Of a stretch of 64,000 bases of DNA, positions 30,263 to 41,223 are shown piece after piece. A model generated the notes under the pieces. That model was not told where the DNA came from. It saw only the letters and a program-made list of their open reading frames with translations, and ran no database searches. Source of the stretch: an uncultured Methanomicrobiales archaeon (lineage in GTDB: Archaea; Halobacteriota; Methanomicrobia; Methanomicrobiales; Methanospirillaceae); assembly GCA_963697895.1 (NCBI GenBank), contig OY969100.1:1728001-1792000 (forward strand), written 5' to 3'. Numbering within the stretch: the first letter of the stretch is position 1; every line of letters starts with the position of its first letter. Both the position numbers and the translations under genes were made by a program.

Positions 30263-31423
30263 ATGCACCTCGATGACGACGATAAGTGCGTCCTTGCAGG
30301 GGAATACGGTGAGACCCGGCAGAAGATGATGGAGATCCTGGTCGCCCTCGGGAAGGTCTTTGGTGCAGAGCGACTGGTCAGGATCCGAAATGCACAGGTA
30401 AGCGGGGCGTCCTACAAAACGATCGGGGAATACGGGCTCGACTGGCTCCGCAGTCTCGATTCCCGGGTGGTGGTACCGACGGTGCTGAACCCGATAGGGA
30501 TGGACCGTGAACGGTGGCAGGAGATGGGCATCCCGGAAGACTTCTCCCGTAAGCAGCAGGAAGTGATCGATGCATATCAGAGGCTTGGTATACGGCTTGA
30601 GTGTACCTGCACCCCGTACGAACTGACGAGTATCCGATACGGGGAGCATCTTGCATGGTCAGAGTCATCCGCCGTGGCATACGCGAACTCGGCCATCGGC
30701 GCACGGACGAACCGTGAAGGGGGGCCCAGTGCGCTTGCTGCCGCGATAATCGGGAAAACACCCTGCTATGGTCTTCATCTGCTCGCAAACCGTCATCCGC
30801 AGTTGATCATCGATCCTCCTTCGGATTTCGATCGGGATCCGGCAAGGTACGGTGCGCTGGGGTACCTGGCAGGAAGACTTGCCGGGAACAGGATACCCTT
30901 CTTCCGGGGGATCAGGCCGGATGCCGATGCGCTTAAGGCGCTCGGTGCTGCAATGGCGGCCACCGGGGCGGTGGCACTCTTCCACGTTGAGGGAATCACG
31001 CCGGAGAGCCGTATATTCCGGTACGAGGTATCAGAACTCGAGCGGTTCAGCATCGAATCAGGAGAGATAAACCGGCTCTTCTCAACGATGCCGGTGGAAG
31101 CGGTTGCGATCGGATGTCCGCACTGTTCGCCCCGTGAACTCCACCGGCTTGCGGAACTTCTTGCCGGGAAAAGAACCACCATGCCGCTCTATATTTTTAC
31201 TGCACGCGGGGTTCGCGAACAGAATCCCGGGCTTGTCCATGCAATCGAGCGGAGTGGTGCCCGTGTCTATGCAGATACCTGCATGGTGGTCTCTCCTGCC
31301 ATGGAGCAGTACGGGGCAGTCATGGTCAACAGTGGAAAGGCACTTGCATATGTGCCCAACATGTGCGGCGCAATGGTTCGTATGGGCACGACCGAGGAGT
31401 GCATCGAGACCGCAACAACCTGA
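30263..31423 (+). CDS. Aconitase X catalytic subunit (phosphomevalonate dehydratase large subunit)
   Basis: SGASYKTIG, TCTPY, WSESSA, GARTNREGG, IGCPHCS, DTCMVV, NSGK. Confidence 0.88.
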   Translation: MHLDDDDKCVLAGEYGETRQKMMEILVALGKVFGAERLVRIRNAQVSGASYKTIGEYGLDWLRSLDSRVVVPTVLNPIGMDRERWQEMGIPEDFSRKQQEVIDAYQRLGIRLECTCTPYELTSIRYGEHLAWSESSAVAYANSAIGARTNREGGPSALAAAIIGKTPCYGLHLLANRHPQLIIDPPSDFDRDPARYGALGYLAGRLAGNRIPFFRGIRPDADALKALGAAMAATGAVALFHVEGITPESRIFRYEVSELERFSIESGEINRLFSTMPVEAVAIGCPHCSPRELHRLAELLAGKRTTMPLYIFTARGVREQNPGLVHAIERSGARVYADTCMVVSPAMEQYGAVMVNSGKALAYVPNMCGAMVRMGTTEECIETATT

Positions 31424-31479
31424 GCAGATTGGTCTCCAAAAACCAGGAGAAAACAGGCGATCGAAGGGGATCCAGATCG

Positions 31480-32676
31480 ATGATGGTAGTCTTATCGAAC
31501 CGGCAGAAATGGCTTATTCTTGGTGTCCTTATTCTTATCGGTCTTTTAATCGAAGGATACTTCCAGTTTTATGAAGGCATCAGTGTCGTATATTCCCATT
31601 TCTTTTACATCCCGATCGTCCTGGCGGCGATCTGGTACGGGAAGAAAGCGGCCGTTCTCGGTCTTTTTTTCGGCATTTTCCATGTGACAGGAGTATTGTA
31701 CGCCACCGGTTCCCTATCCCCGGATGCTCTGGTCCGCGCAGCCATGTTCGTGATCGTGGCACTTATCGTCGGGACGGTCGCCGATATGATGAGGAAGGAA
31801 CAGAACGCGATCGTCCGGGATGCCACCGAAAAAGCACTCCGGACACGCCCGGGCATCAGGGAAGGTCTCGAAGACCTCCGGAACCGCATCGTCTCGTCGG
31901 TGAATGTCGACCGTATGAAGAAAGAACGGGACGTGCAGGGTCTCATCCGGGCATTGCACCACCCGGAAGTGAATGTCCAGTACGAAGCTGCCGAAGCGCT
32001 CGGGATGATCGGCGACCCGGCTGCGGTCCTGCCGCTCATCGAGGCGTTGACCGGTGACCCGTACAGCGGCGTCCGATGGAAAGCTTCCGAAGCCCTTGCA
32101 CGGATCGGAAAACCTGCTGTCGAACCCCTCATAGCCGTCCTTCGAAATCCCGACGCCGACGTCCGGTGGAAGGCGGCGATTGCCCTCGGGGATATCGGCG
32201 ATGAACGGGCGGTCGGACCCCTCATCGAACTCCTCCGCGACGGGGACCGGTTTGTGAAAAGCAGGGCGGCATACGCGCTCAGTTCTGTCGGGCGCCCCGC
32301 CGTTCTCCCGCTCATTCAGGCGCTCCGCACTGGGGACGGCAATCTCCGGTGGGGGGCAGCCATCGCTCTCGGTGCCATAAAGGACCCGGACTCGGCACTC
32401 CCCCTCCTCCATGCGCTGGGAGACCGGCACGAGAATGTCCGGACCGAAGCAGCCGCAGCGCTGGTGGAGATCGGCCCCCCTGTTATCGGACCCGTACGCG
32501 AATTTCTCCCTGATGCAGGGGTAGAAGAGACACGGGAGGTGATCCTCCTGCTCGGAGAGATCGAAGGCCCGGAATCGCGTATCCTGCTGGAAGACCTGTG
32601 TAAACACCCCGAACCGGCGATCAGGGAACTGGCGGCAGCCATGCGCGAAAAGCGGGAAAAAGAACTCAATGAATGA
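31480..32676 (+). CDS. Membrane protein with C-terminal HEAT/PBS-lyase repeats
   Basis: About 4 TM helices then repeated VRWKAA.ALG.IG...AV.PLI.AL units. Confidence 0.85.
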   Translation: MMVVLSNRQKWLILGVLILIGLLIEGYFQFYEGISVVYSHFFYIPIVLAAIWYGKKAAVLGLFFGIFHVTGVLYATGSLSPDALVRAAMFVIVALIVGTVADMMRKEQNAIVRDATEKALRTRPGIREGLEDLRNRIVSSVNVDRMKKERDVQGLIRALHHPEVNVQYEAAEALGMIGDPAAVLPLIEALTGDPYSGVRWKASEALARIGKPAVEPLIAVLRNPDADVRWKAAIALGDIGDERAVGPLIELLRDGDRFVKSRAAYALSSVGRPAVLPLIQALRTGDGNLRWGAAIALGAIKDPDSALPLLHALGDRHENVRTEAAAALVEIGPPVIGPVREFLPDAGVEETREVILLLGEIEGPESRILLEDLCKHPEPAIRELAAAMREKREKELNE

Positions 32677-32927
32677 ACTCGGAATCCCAAGATGTCGGGT
32701 CTGGTCTCTTTGTCCCGGTGATTGACCTTTACTTCAAGCTTATGAGAGGACAAGGTGCTTCACTACGGGTGTTAATCGATCTTATGAAATATCTTCTCCA
32801 CAACAAAACGCGCTGGCCAGGGGTATTGACCTATTCTCCGGCGTTTCCGACGGGGAGCGGATGTGGGCGAACCCCTGCGCCTGCATGCGCGGGTTAGATA
32901 TATGAACGCTCATGGTGAACCTGCTTC

Positions 32928-33641
32928 GTGTTTGGATTATACCGTTACCCGTTCCGGTACGAATCGGATCAATTCCGGATTGCGGTCGAAGAATCCGATA
33001 GTTTCTATCTTTATAGTCGGGACTGCGGCGGAGCGCACCGGGAAAAGGTCATCACGTCGGAGTCCGGGACGATCCTCATCCATCCCGTGGAGCCTTTGTC
33101 GACCCCGAAGCCGGTAACCCGGTTTCTCGAGATCCGGTTCCCCGCAACCATGATGGAACCGCAGTCGGAAAAGAACCTGTATCTCACCTTTCCCCTGGAT
33201 ATCGGCGTCTTCATCGAAGGAAAGGGAGATACCGAAAATATTGATGTTTTTTCGCTTAATTCCCCACAATATTCTTTGTACGGCCCCTCAGACCGCGGGG
33301 TAATTACCCGGTATTATGAGAGCAGGATATCGGGGATGATTCCGGAAACCGATCCGGTCAGGGAGGGGGTGATGAAGCTCACCCTGAAAAACTCAACCCG
33401 CTCGTGGCTCGAAGTATCACGGGCGGTCTTCGATAATACCAACATGTCCCTCTCGTACGACGAGATCGTCGCGATGGTGGGCGGAATGGATCTCCACAAC
33501 AACCTCGTCGCTGAGACATCCATCCTCGATCGGCCGCTCCGGGAGGGGATGAAACGTTCGATCGGCCTCTCTTCGGGGAGGAGAATATTCGCAGAACAGA
33601 AGGCATTTCTGATGGAGCACGGGATCGGTGAACAGCCATGA
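32928..33641 (+). CDS. DUF432-family protein
   Basis: HPVEP, YLTFPLDIGVF, YSLYGP..RGVITRYY; typically precedes mscS. Confidence 0.75.
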   Translation: MFGLYRYPFRYESDQFRIAVEESDSFYLYSRDCGGAHREKVITSESGTILIHPVEPLSTPKPVTRFLEIRFPATMMEPQSEKNLYLTFPLDIGVFIEGKGDTENIDVFSLNSPQYSLYGPSDRGVITRYYESRISGMIPETDPVREGVMKLTLKNSTRSWLEVSRAVFDNTNMSLSYDEIVAMVGGMDLHNNLVAETSILDRPLREGMKRSIGLSSGRRIFAEQKAFLMEHGIGEQP

Positions 33642-34477
33642 CTTCTCTTTCAGAGCCGATCATCGGCATGATCACGATCTATGATATTATCGCAATCGCG
33701 GTCATCCTCATCGGGACGCTGATCGCAGCCAAACTCCTCGCTTACCATTTTAGAAAACGTTTGTCGGGAAAGTTAGGGAAAGACGAGCTTGCGATCGTTA
33801 TCCGGGTCGTTTACTACGGGATTATCTTCATCGGCGTCCTGATAGCATTGCCATATTTCAATGTCAACCTCGCGGGGCTGCTGGTCGCGGGAGGGGTCAT
33901 CGGGGTAATCATCGGGTTTGCGAGCCAGAGCGTCGTTTCCAACTTTATTTCCGGACTCTTTATCATCGTCGAACGGCCGGTCAAGATAGGAGACGCCATC
34001 AATATCGGGGAGGTAAATGGAAATGTGGAAGAAATCCGGGTCCTTTCCACGACGGTGAGTGCGATGGACGGGACATACGTCCGTATCCCGAATGAGAAGG
34101 TCTTCACATCGAATATCACCAATTATGTCGCCCATGTGGCCCGCCGCGTGGAGTACACGATCGGGATCGACTATGCCGATGATGCGGCGAAGGCGGTATC
34201 CGTGATCGGGGCACTCCTCTCCACCCACCCGTTTGTGCTGAAGCACCCGAAGCCCCAGATCTTCGCGAAGGAACTCGGTGCGAGTGCGGTGAATATCAGT
34301 GTCCTATTCTGGGTACCATCGGGTGAATGGTGGGACGTTCGGATCGAAATGCTCTGGAAGATCAAGGTCGCGCTCGAAGAGAACGGGCTCTCATTCCCCA
34401 ACCCCCAGCAGATGATCCGGTTCGGGAACGAGCTCCGTATCGAAGGTGGGCCAAATCAGGGGATGGAAGGGAGATGA
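33638..34477 (+). CDS. mscS: Small-conductance mechanosensitive channel
   Basis: GVIIGFASQSVVSNFISG, RPVKIGD, VRIPNE. Confidence 0.92.
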   Translation: MTSLSEPIIGMITIYDIIAIAVILIGTLIAAKLLAYHFRKRLSGKLGKDELAIVIRVVYYGIIFIGVLIALPYFNVNLAGLLVAGGVIGVIIGFASQSVVSNFISGLFIIVERPVKIGDAINIGEVNGNVEEIRVLSTTVSAMDGTYVRIPNEKVFTSNITNYVAHVARRVEYTIGIDYADDAAKAVSVIGALLSTHPFVLKHPKPQIFAKELGASAVNISVLFWVPSGEWWDVRIEMLWKIKVALEENGLSFPNPQQMIRFGNELRIEGGPNQGMEGR

Positions 34478-34553
34478 ACAGAGTACGGCCGAACGAAGGG
34501 ATGGAGAAGAGAATGAACAGGGGATGGCCGAGAGGGGGAATGGAGATGAACAT
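34449..34553 (+). repeat. Three imperfect tandem copies (~38-39 bp period) of GGCC-N7-GGRATGGA-N1-7-ATGAACA
   Basis: Copies start at 34449, 34487 and 34526, spanning the mscS stop and the gap to the next gene. Confidence 0.7.
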
Positions 34554-34556
34554 GCG

Positions 34557-35120
34557 ATGAAGGACGACGAAGAGATCCAGCAATATGCTGCGGACCTGCA
34601 GCAACCGGATATGGAGGTCCGGAGGGCCGCGGTACGAAACCTGATCGCGGCCGGGCCGGAAGCGGTCCCGCTCCTGATCCAGACGCTGAAAGACGCCCGG
34701 GACGACGACTCCCGGTGGTACACGGCGGTCGCACTCGTCGGGATCGGGGAGCCGGCGATCCAGCCGCTCCTTGAAGCGATGAAGGAGGATACGAACCCGG
34801 GGTTCAGGCGCTATGCCGCGGCAGCCCTCGGTCATATCGGGGAACCCGCGATCACCCCCATGATTGCGGCGCTCGCCGATGGAGACCGGGAACTGCGGGG
34901 TTTTATCGCCCAGGCATTCTGCCGGATCGGCGAGCCGGCTCTCGGGGCGCTCCGCGAGCAGCTGGGAAGCACAGACGAGGTGCTCCGGTCCTGCAGTGAA
35001 CTGATCCTGTGGCAGATGGGAGAAGCGGGGATCGATGCAATGGTGGAATCCTACGCGATCGAAAAAGAGCCGAAGGGAAAGGGCCAGAGCGGGGGACCGG
35101 ACAACAGCCCGGGTTCGTGA
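34557..35120 (+). CDS. HEAT-repeat protein
   Basis: Repeated R..AA.AL..IGEPAI.PL units; start set at ATG 34557. Confidence 0.85.
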   Translation: MKDDEEIQQYAADLQQPDMEVRRAAVRNLIAAGPEAVPLLIQTLKDARDDDSRWYTAVALVGIGEPAIQPLLEAMKEDTNPGFRRYAAAALGHIGEPAITPMIAALADGDRELRGFIAQAFCRIGEPALGALREQLGSTDEVLRSCSELILWQMGEAGIDAMVESYAIEKEPKGKGQSGGPDNSPGS

Positions 35121-35350
35121 AAAAGTCTCGCGGTTCACCGGGGGGGGAGGGATTCAGAATCGGGGTTTTTAATCCCGGGACCGGTTGAAGGAAACGTTTT
35201 TCTTATCCCGCCGACAGTTTCGGGAGGCATTCACAACCCTCTTATGGCACGCGGTGAAATATCAGCTCGCATGAACAGGAGGCTGTCTTTCCGATCCGGG
35301 AGGCATCCGGCGCTTACCGGATCAGATACCGACAGAGGATACGGTCTCCC

Positions 35351-38300
35351 ATGATCGAGATCTCGCCGGCCATGGCCGCGTATCGTGCCTCTTTGCAGGA
35401 AGCCCTCGCAGAGGCGATAGAGGTGGCGAAGCGTGCGCGAACAGTCGGCATAGACCCGCAGACGGATACGGAGATCCCGATCGCGAACGACCTCGCAGAC
35501 CGGGTCGAAGCACTGCTGGGGATATCCGGTGTGGCCGCCCGGATACGGGAACTTGAGAGCGGGATGTCCCGGGAGGAGGCGGCGCTCCGGATCGGCGATG
35601 ATTTCGTGGAGCGGAGGTTCGGGGAAACCGACCGCGATCAGGTTCTGGACCATGCGATCCGGACGGCCATGGCCATGCTCACGGAAGGGGTCGTCGCGGC
35701 GCCGACGGAAGGGATCGCAAAGATCGGAATCGGGAAGAACGATGACGGGAGCGAATACCTGAAGATCCTGTATGCGGGACCGATCCGGAGTGCCGGGGGA
35801 ACGGCACAGGCCCTCTCCGTACTGGTCGGGGACTATGTAAGGCGTGCCCTGGGTATCGATCGGTACAAACCCCATCAGGACGAGATCGAACGATATATCG
35901 AGGAGATCCGACAGTATAATTCCATCATGAACCTCCAGTACCTCCCGAGCGAGAAGGAGATCCGGCTGATCGTCGCGAACTGCCCGGTATGCATCGATGG
36001 AGAGGGTACAGAACAGGAGGAAGTGAGCGGATACCGGAACCTTCCCCGCGTAGAGACAAACTCGGTGCGGGGAGGGATGGCGCTGGTTCTCGCCGAAGGC
36101 CTGGCATTAAAGGCGCCAAAAATCCAGAAAAATGTCCGCAAGATGCATATGGATGGATGGGAATGGCTCGGCGAGTTGATCGGAGGAAGCATCCGTAAGG
36201 AAGGAGATGAAGGGGCGGGAGTAGGGCCGAAAGACAAATACCTGCGGGATCTGATCGGCGGCAGGCCGGTCTTCGCCTACCCGATGAGGAAAGGGGGGTT
36301 CCGGCTCCGGTATGGGCGGTCCCGGAATACCGGGTTTGCGGCGGCCGGCCTGAACCCGGCGACCATGTTCGTCCTCGGGGAGTTTCTCGCAGTCGGCACA
36401 CAGATGAAGATTGAACGCCCGGGAAAAGCGGCGGGGATCGTGCCGGTAGATTCGATCGAAGGGCCGACTGTTCGCCTGAAGAACGGGGACGTGTTAAGGC
36501 TGGATGAGGTCGATACCGCCCGTGCAGTGATGGGGGATATCGATATGGTGCTCGATGTCGGGGAGATCCTGATCAGTTATGGTGAATTTCTCGAGAACAA
36601 TCACCTGCTGGTGCCTTCTGCGTACTGCGAAGAGTGGTGGCTCCAGGAAGGGGGGCTGCAGACTCCAGCCGACGAGATGGAAGCGATCACCTTCGCACTG
36701 GAAGGCGGGTATCTCCATCCCGCCTTCACGTATCTCTGGGATGATATCACCTGCGAACAGATCTGGTGGCTCGCCTCGTTCGTCGCAGAGAACGGGGAGA
36801 TCGGAGAAGAGGGGCTGATTCTTCCGTCCGACTCCCCTGCAAAGGCGATCCTCGAGGAACTCCTGGTCCCCCACCGGGTGGTCCCCGGGGAGATACGGGT
36901 GAACCCGTACCTGATCCTCCTCGCATGCCTCGGCCTGGACCATCGCCTCCGGAAGCGGTCCGTATGGGAGGATGCCCCCCGGGACGATCCGCTCCGGCTC
37001 GCGATGCACCTTTCGGGTCTTCCGATCCGTTCGAAGGCCGGAACCCGCATCGGCGGGAGGATGGGGAGGCCCGGGAAATCCAAGCCGCGCAAGATGAACC
37101 CCCCGCCACATTCGCTTTTTCCCCTCGGAGAAGCAGGAGGAACCCGCCGATCATTCCAGGAGGCATCCGCTCATCTGTTACAGGCGAACAGCGACGGGGG
37201 AGTGATCACCGTCGAGGTCGGGAAACGGCGGTGTTCGATCTGTGGGGAATTCACCTACCGGAACCGGTGCTCGTGTGGCGGGCACACTCTGCCGGTCTTC
37301 ACCTGCCCGAGATGCAAACGGGAATCGGATACCGGAGAATGCCCTGCATGCCATACCCCGACCGTATGCCTCCAGACCTGCACGATAAATATGAAGGCAG
37401 AATTTGCTGCGGCGGTTGCATCGCTCGGTATCCGCGAAACGGCGGTTACCCTGGTTAAGGGAGTAAAGGGCCTGATATCCCGGGAACGCGCAGTCGAAGA
37501 TATCCACAAGGGAATTCTCCGTGCACAGTACGAACTCTTCGTATTCAAGGACGGGACGATCCGCTATGATATGATCGACCTTCCGCTTACCCATTTCAGG
37601 CCATGTGAGATCGGGGTCACGATCGACCAGCTCCACCAACTCGGGTATCAGCAGGATATCGCCGGGAACGCACTCAATGAGCCCGGACAGGTTGTGGAGC
37701 TGCGACCACAGGATATTCTCGTCTCCGATTCCTCTGCGGATTACCTCATGCAGACGACCCGGTTCATCGATGACCTGCTCGTCAAATGTTACGGACTCGA
37801 ACCCTTCTACCGGGTGAGCGACAAAAAAGATCTCCTCGGGCATCTCGTGATCGGGCTTGCCCCGCACACGAGCGCCGGTGTGCTTGCCCGCATCGTGGGA
37901 TTTTCTCGGGCGAATGTCGGATATGCGCACCCGTTCTTCCACGCCGCCAAGAGGAGGAACTGTTTTTACGGAGACACCCGGATCGAGGTCTTCGACGGAC
38001 GGAACTGGAAGACGGTCCCCATCCGCCAGTTCGTGATCGAGAACTTCGATATCAGTCGCCCGGGGATCGACCGTCTGGGGACCTATTATTCCGATCCCCA
38101 GACCCATTGCCTGACACGGGCGGTGGATACCCAGGGGCACCTTCATACCCGCCGGATCACCTCCGTCTCCATTCATCGTGCCCCGGAATCCCTGATCCGG
38201 TTCACGACCGGGCTCGGGAAAGAGATCGCCGTGACACCCGATCATGCGATGCTCGTCTGGGACCTCGCCTATCTCCGAAAGGTAAAGGCGGTCGAACTGA

Positions 38301-39208
38301 AGGTCGGTGACCCGGTGCCGGTGCTCGTCGGGCAGAACATGCTCACCGACCATATCACCGCCCGGGATATCATTCCCTCCCCGGAGGAGCGGGTATTCTG
38401 CCTTACGGTCGCCGAGGAGCACACGGTACTCGCAAACGGGATCTTCACGGGCCAGTGCGATGGCGATGAGGATTGCATCATGCTCCTCCTCGATGGCCTG
38501 ATCAATTTCTCCCGGTCGTACCTTCCGGAGACCCGCGGGGGGACGATGGATGCGCCCCTCGTCCTGACGAGCTGGATAGACCCTTCTGAAATCGATAAGG
38601 AGAGCCACAATATCGATGTCGGGGCGAGCTACCCGCTCATACTCTACACCAGTGCGCTCCGGTATGCCCATCCGAAAGAGCTGGAAGGGGTGATCGACCG
38701 GGTAGAGCGGCGGCTCGGTACCCCGGCACAACACGAGGGATTCCTCTTCACCCACGACACCTCCGATATCTCTGCCGGCCCGATCGAGTCGATGTATACG
38801 CAGTTGAAGTCCATGACTGAGAAGCTCGAGGCCGAGCTCCGGCTTGCTGAGCAGATCCGCGCAGTGGACGCGGATGACGTGGCGGAGCGTGTACTCACCA
38901 CGCATTTCATCCGTGACCTGATGGGGAACCTGAACGCATTTTCAAAACAGAAGTTCCGTTGCAGCAAATGCAACCATAGCTACCGCCGGATGCCGATCGC
39001 CGGAAAATGCACCCGGTGTGGCGGGAACATCATACCGACGGTCCATGAAGGCTCGGTGAAGAAATATCTGGAGATGTCCCGGAATATCTGCCAGCGGTAC
39101 CGGGTATCGGAATACACCCGGCAGCGGGTCGAAGTGCTTGACATGGCGATCGCATCCACGTTCGGAACGGAAAAAGACCAGCAGCTGGGACTTGCAGATT
39201 TCATGTGA
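35351..39208 (+). CDS. polC: DNA polymerase D large subunit (DP2), intein-containing
   Basis: [46 protein letters not shown]-terminal Zn finger and [11 protein letters not shown]-like tail. Confidence 0.97.
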   Translation: MIEISPAMAAYRASLQEALAEAIEVAKRARTVGIDPQTDTEIPIANDLADRVEALLGISGVAARIRELESGMSREEAALRIGDDFVERRFGETDRDQVLDHAIRTAMAMLTEGVVAAPTEGIAKIGIGKNDDGSEYLKILYAGPIRSAGGTAQALSVLVGDYVRRALGIDRYKPHQDEIERYIEEIRQYNSIMNLQYLPSEKEIRLIVANCPVCIDGEGTEQEEVSGYRNLPRVETNSVRGGMALVLAEGLALKAPKIQKNVRKMHMDGWEWLGELIGGSIRKEGDEGAGVGPKDKYLRDLIGGRPVFAYPMRKGGFRLRYGRSRNTGFAAAGLNPATMFVLGEFLAVGTQMKIERPGKAAGIVPVDSIEGPTVRLKNGDVLRLDEVDTARAVMGDIDMVLDVGEILISYGEFLENNHLLVPSAYCEEWWLQEGGLQTPADEMEAITFALEGGYLHPAFTYLWDDITCEQIWWLASFVAENGEIGEEGLILPSDSPAKAILEELLVPHRVVPGEIRVNPYLILLACLGLDHRLRKRSVWEDAPRDDPLRLAMHLSGLPIRSKAGTRIGGRMGRPGKSKPRKMNPPPHSLFPLGEAGGTRRSFQEASAHLLQANSDGGVITVEVGKRRCSICGEFTYRNRCSCGGHTLPVFTCPRCKRESDTGECPACHTPTVCLQTCTINMKAEFAAAVASLGIRETAVTLVKGVKGLISRERAVEDIHKGILRAQYELFVFKDGTIRYDMIDLPLTHFRPCEIGVTIDQLHQLGYQQDIAGNALNEPGQVVELRPQDILVSDSSADYLMQTTRFIDDLLVKCYGLEPFYRVSDKKDLLGHLVIGLAPHTSAGVLARIVGFSRANVGYAHPFFHAAKRRNCFYGDTRIEVFDGRNWKTVPIRQFVIENFDISRPGIDRLGTYYSDPQTHCLTRAVDTQGHLHTRRITSVSIHRAPESLIRFTTGLGKEIAVTPDHAMLVWDLAYLRKVKAVELKVGDPVPVLVGQNMLTDHITARDIIPSPEERVFCLTVAEEHTVLANGIFTGQCDGDEDCIMLLLDGLINFSRSYLPETRGGTMDAPLVLTSWIDPSEIDKESHNIDVGASYPLILYTSALRYAHPKELEGVIDRVERRLGTPAQHEGFLFTHDTSDISAGPIESMYTQLKSMTEKLEAELRLAEQIRAVDADDVAERVLTTHFIRDLMGNLNAFSKQKFRCSKCNHSYRRMPIAGKCTRCGGNIIPTVHEGSVKKYLEMSRNICQRYRVSEYTRQRVEVLDMAIASTFGTEKDQQLGLADFM
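37961..38455 (+). mobile_element. 165-aa mini-intein in DP2 (no homing endonuclease), ending Gly-Gln
   Basis: KRRN|CFYGDT...block B VTPDH...block F RVFCLTV...NGIFTGQ|CDGDED interrupts the conserved KRRNCDGDED motif. Confidence 0.93.
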
Positions 39209-39263
39209 ATGCATATCTCCAGGGTATTCGATCTTCCCCCGCATCCCGAAAAGAAATTATTTT

Positions 39264-39983
39264 TTATTTATTTTCAGGTCTCCAGGCATGAAGGATGCCC
39301 ATATGGCCGAAAGGACCGTGACAGGGGGTCCGGTCGATAACAAATTCGTACCGCCTCCCAATGTAATCAAGCAGTGCCTGATTGGGGAGACCACCGATGG
39401 GGGGCAGGTGAAGCTCCATCTCGATCCTGCGGATGCCGGAGAGATCATCGGGATCGATCAACCATTCAGCCCCCTCACAATCGCACTTCAGGAAGGTGCA
39501 CCCTTCGGCGAAACGGATTATATCCCGTAGCCGGTATGCCGGCACCCGGGCAGAGCAGCCATCCCATTCGCTCGTGGTGAATTGCCCGGTGCCGAGGGCT
39601 CCCCGGATTACCTGTACCGTTACCCTATTCAACCGGATATTATGGAATAAGAGGTCAGTGGTCACGGGTTCGACCGCAACAACGCGCCGACAGCGTTTCG
39701 CCGCACGTATGGAGAACGCTCCTACGTTCGCACCGATGTCAATCACGGTATCCTCCTCCCGGATATCGTCGACCCAATAGTCTGGAATTTCCGTGATCTG
39801 GCGGAACCCTGTAGGAACAGTACGGAAGAGGGTCCCATCCCGGGTCGTGCTGAGTTTCCCTTCCCGGGAGGTCTGCGGACCTCTCAAGAGAGGGAATCTT
39901 CTTCCTGATAGCGGATTTCGGAAATTCTCAGGAATGCCAGGCATAGAAAACACGCCGTGATCTTTGTACCGGTGGAAATTCAT
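39264..39983 (-). CDS. FkbM-family methyltransferase (start uncertain)
   Basis: VIDIGANVGAFS, AVEP, FLKCDCEGAE. Confidence 0.85.
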   Translation of the reverse strand: MNFHRYKDHGVFSMPGIPENFRNPLSGRRFPLLRGPQTSREGKLSTTRDGTLFRTVPTGFRQITEIPDYWVDDIREEDTVIDIGANVGAFSIRAAKRCRRVVAVEPVTTDLLFHNIRLNRVTVQVIRGALGTGQFTTSEWDGCSARVPAYRLRDIIRFAEGCTFLKCDCEGAEWLIDPDDLSGIRRIEMELHLPPIGGLPNQALLDYIGRRYEFVIDRTPCHGPFGHMGILHAWRPENK

Positions 39984-40383
39984 CCTCTGTTGCTATAATG
40001 TGAGAATAGATCCGGGAAAGGAAATAATTGCTGTCAGGCCGGGAGTACATAGTTCTGGCTCACGGTGAACAGGTGATATGGAGGAATCATCATCAGTCAG
40101 AGGAATCATTATCGATCCGTTCCCGGTGATCGGATTCCAGGTGCATTATCAGGGAGTAGTGAACCCCGGTTTTTTCTCGGGGGTAACCGGGAGCATTACG
40201 TATGAACCCGGCAGGGGATTCGTTCGTTGCATCATGGTAATTTCCGTAAAAATCCTGATTATTCTCATTTATGGTATCTTCTCGTCTCTTTCCTGGTGAA
40301 CTGGAGGGGTTCCTTTCGAAATCAGCAGAAGATCCTCTCTTTTACAAGCATTTTAATGGTCACAAAACCCATAATTAATCTGC

Positions 40384-40466
40384 GCGAGGGTATCCAAGTG
40401 GTTAAAGGAGGCAGACTCAAGATCTGTTCTCGCAGGAGTTCGCGGGTTCGAATCCCTCCCCTCGCA
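40384..40466 (+). tRNA. tRNA-Leu (CAA)
   Basis: Acceptor GCGAGGG/CCCTCGC-A, anticodon arm GCAGA-CTCAAGA-TCTGT, long variable arm, GGTTCGAATCC. Confidence 0.95.
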
Positions 40467-40504
40467 TCCAGACAGTAAGTCAGAATTACAGCTTGATGTA
40501 ATTT

Positions 40505-40936
40505 TTATCCTTCCTCATGGTTGCCCTTGACCCATCGATCTCCATCGGAAAGAATTTCGCGTTTCCAGATAGGTGCCCGTTCTTTGATACGTTCGAGAAT
40601 ACATTCGCATCCGCAAAACGCCTGCTTCCGGTGACCGGCCGAGACTACGATGAGCAGAATATCGTCACCGACCTTGAGTTTCCCGGTCCGGTGCACTATT
40701 GTCACTTCCTGAAGGTCGTACTTTGCAATTGCCTCATCCCTGATATCATGTAAGTCCTTCTCGGCAGCCTCTTCATATGCCTCAATTTCGATTAATTCGA
40801 TATCGTCATCCCGAACAACACCAATGAACGACACAATGGCGCCGGTTGTACGCCGCTTGGCATTTTCTATATGGGCCCCGGCATCAAAAGAGTCTCGAGT
40901 AATGGCGATCCTTCCTCTCGAATCCTGATTTCTCAA
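40505..40936 (-). CDS. moaE: Molybdopterin synthase catalytic subunit MoaE
   Basis: GAIVSFIGVVR, HRTGKL, SAGHR, IKERAPIWKRE; TTG start after GGAGG. Confidence 0.9.
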   Translation of the reverse strand: MRNQDSRGRIAITRDSFDAGAHIENAKRRTTGAIVSFIGVVRDDDIELIEIEAYEEAAEKDLHDIRDEAIAKYDLQEVTIVHRTGKLKVGDDILLIVVSAGHRKQAFCGCECILERIKERAPIWKREILSDGDRWVKGNHEEG

Positions 40937-40940
40937 ATGC

Positions 40941-41219
40941 TCAGCCTCCCGCGACAGGAGGTAGTAATGCCAGCTCATCGGTGTCATCCAGGAGAAGCGA
41001 GATGTAATCGGCAGGAAAGATTCGCTTCCGGTTTACCATCAGGATAATATGGTTCCTGATCCGATCCTGGTCATCGAAAATAGCTAGATATCCTTCAGGA
41101 TTCGTCGCAACTACTTCTTTTAATACATCCAACGGGGTAGCACTATCAGAAACTTCCACTTCCCGCCAATCCCCGAATTGGTGTTTGAATCGACCAAACA
41201 TCCGGACATGAATTTTCAT
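40941..41219 (-). CDS. moaD: Ubiquitin-like sulfur carrier (MoaD/SAMP)
   Basis: Beta-grasp size (92 aa), C-terminus LLPPVAGG. Confidence 0.9.
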   Translation of the reverse strand: MKIHVRMFGRFKHQFGDWREVEVSDSATPLDVLKEVVATNPEGYLAIFDDQDRIRNHIILMVNRKRIFPADYISLLLDDTDELALLPPVAGG

Positions 41220-41223
41220 ACTG

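Noticed and set aside
40384-40505. tRNA-Leu as attachment site of an integrated island
   Set aside because: No integrase and no duplicated tRNA 3' end seen in the window; cannot be excluded beyond 64 kb
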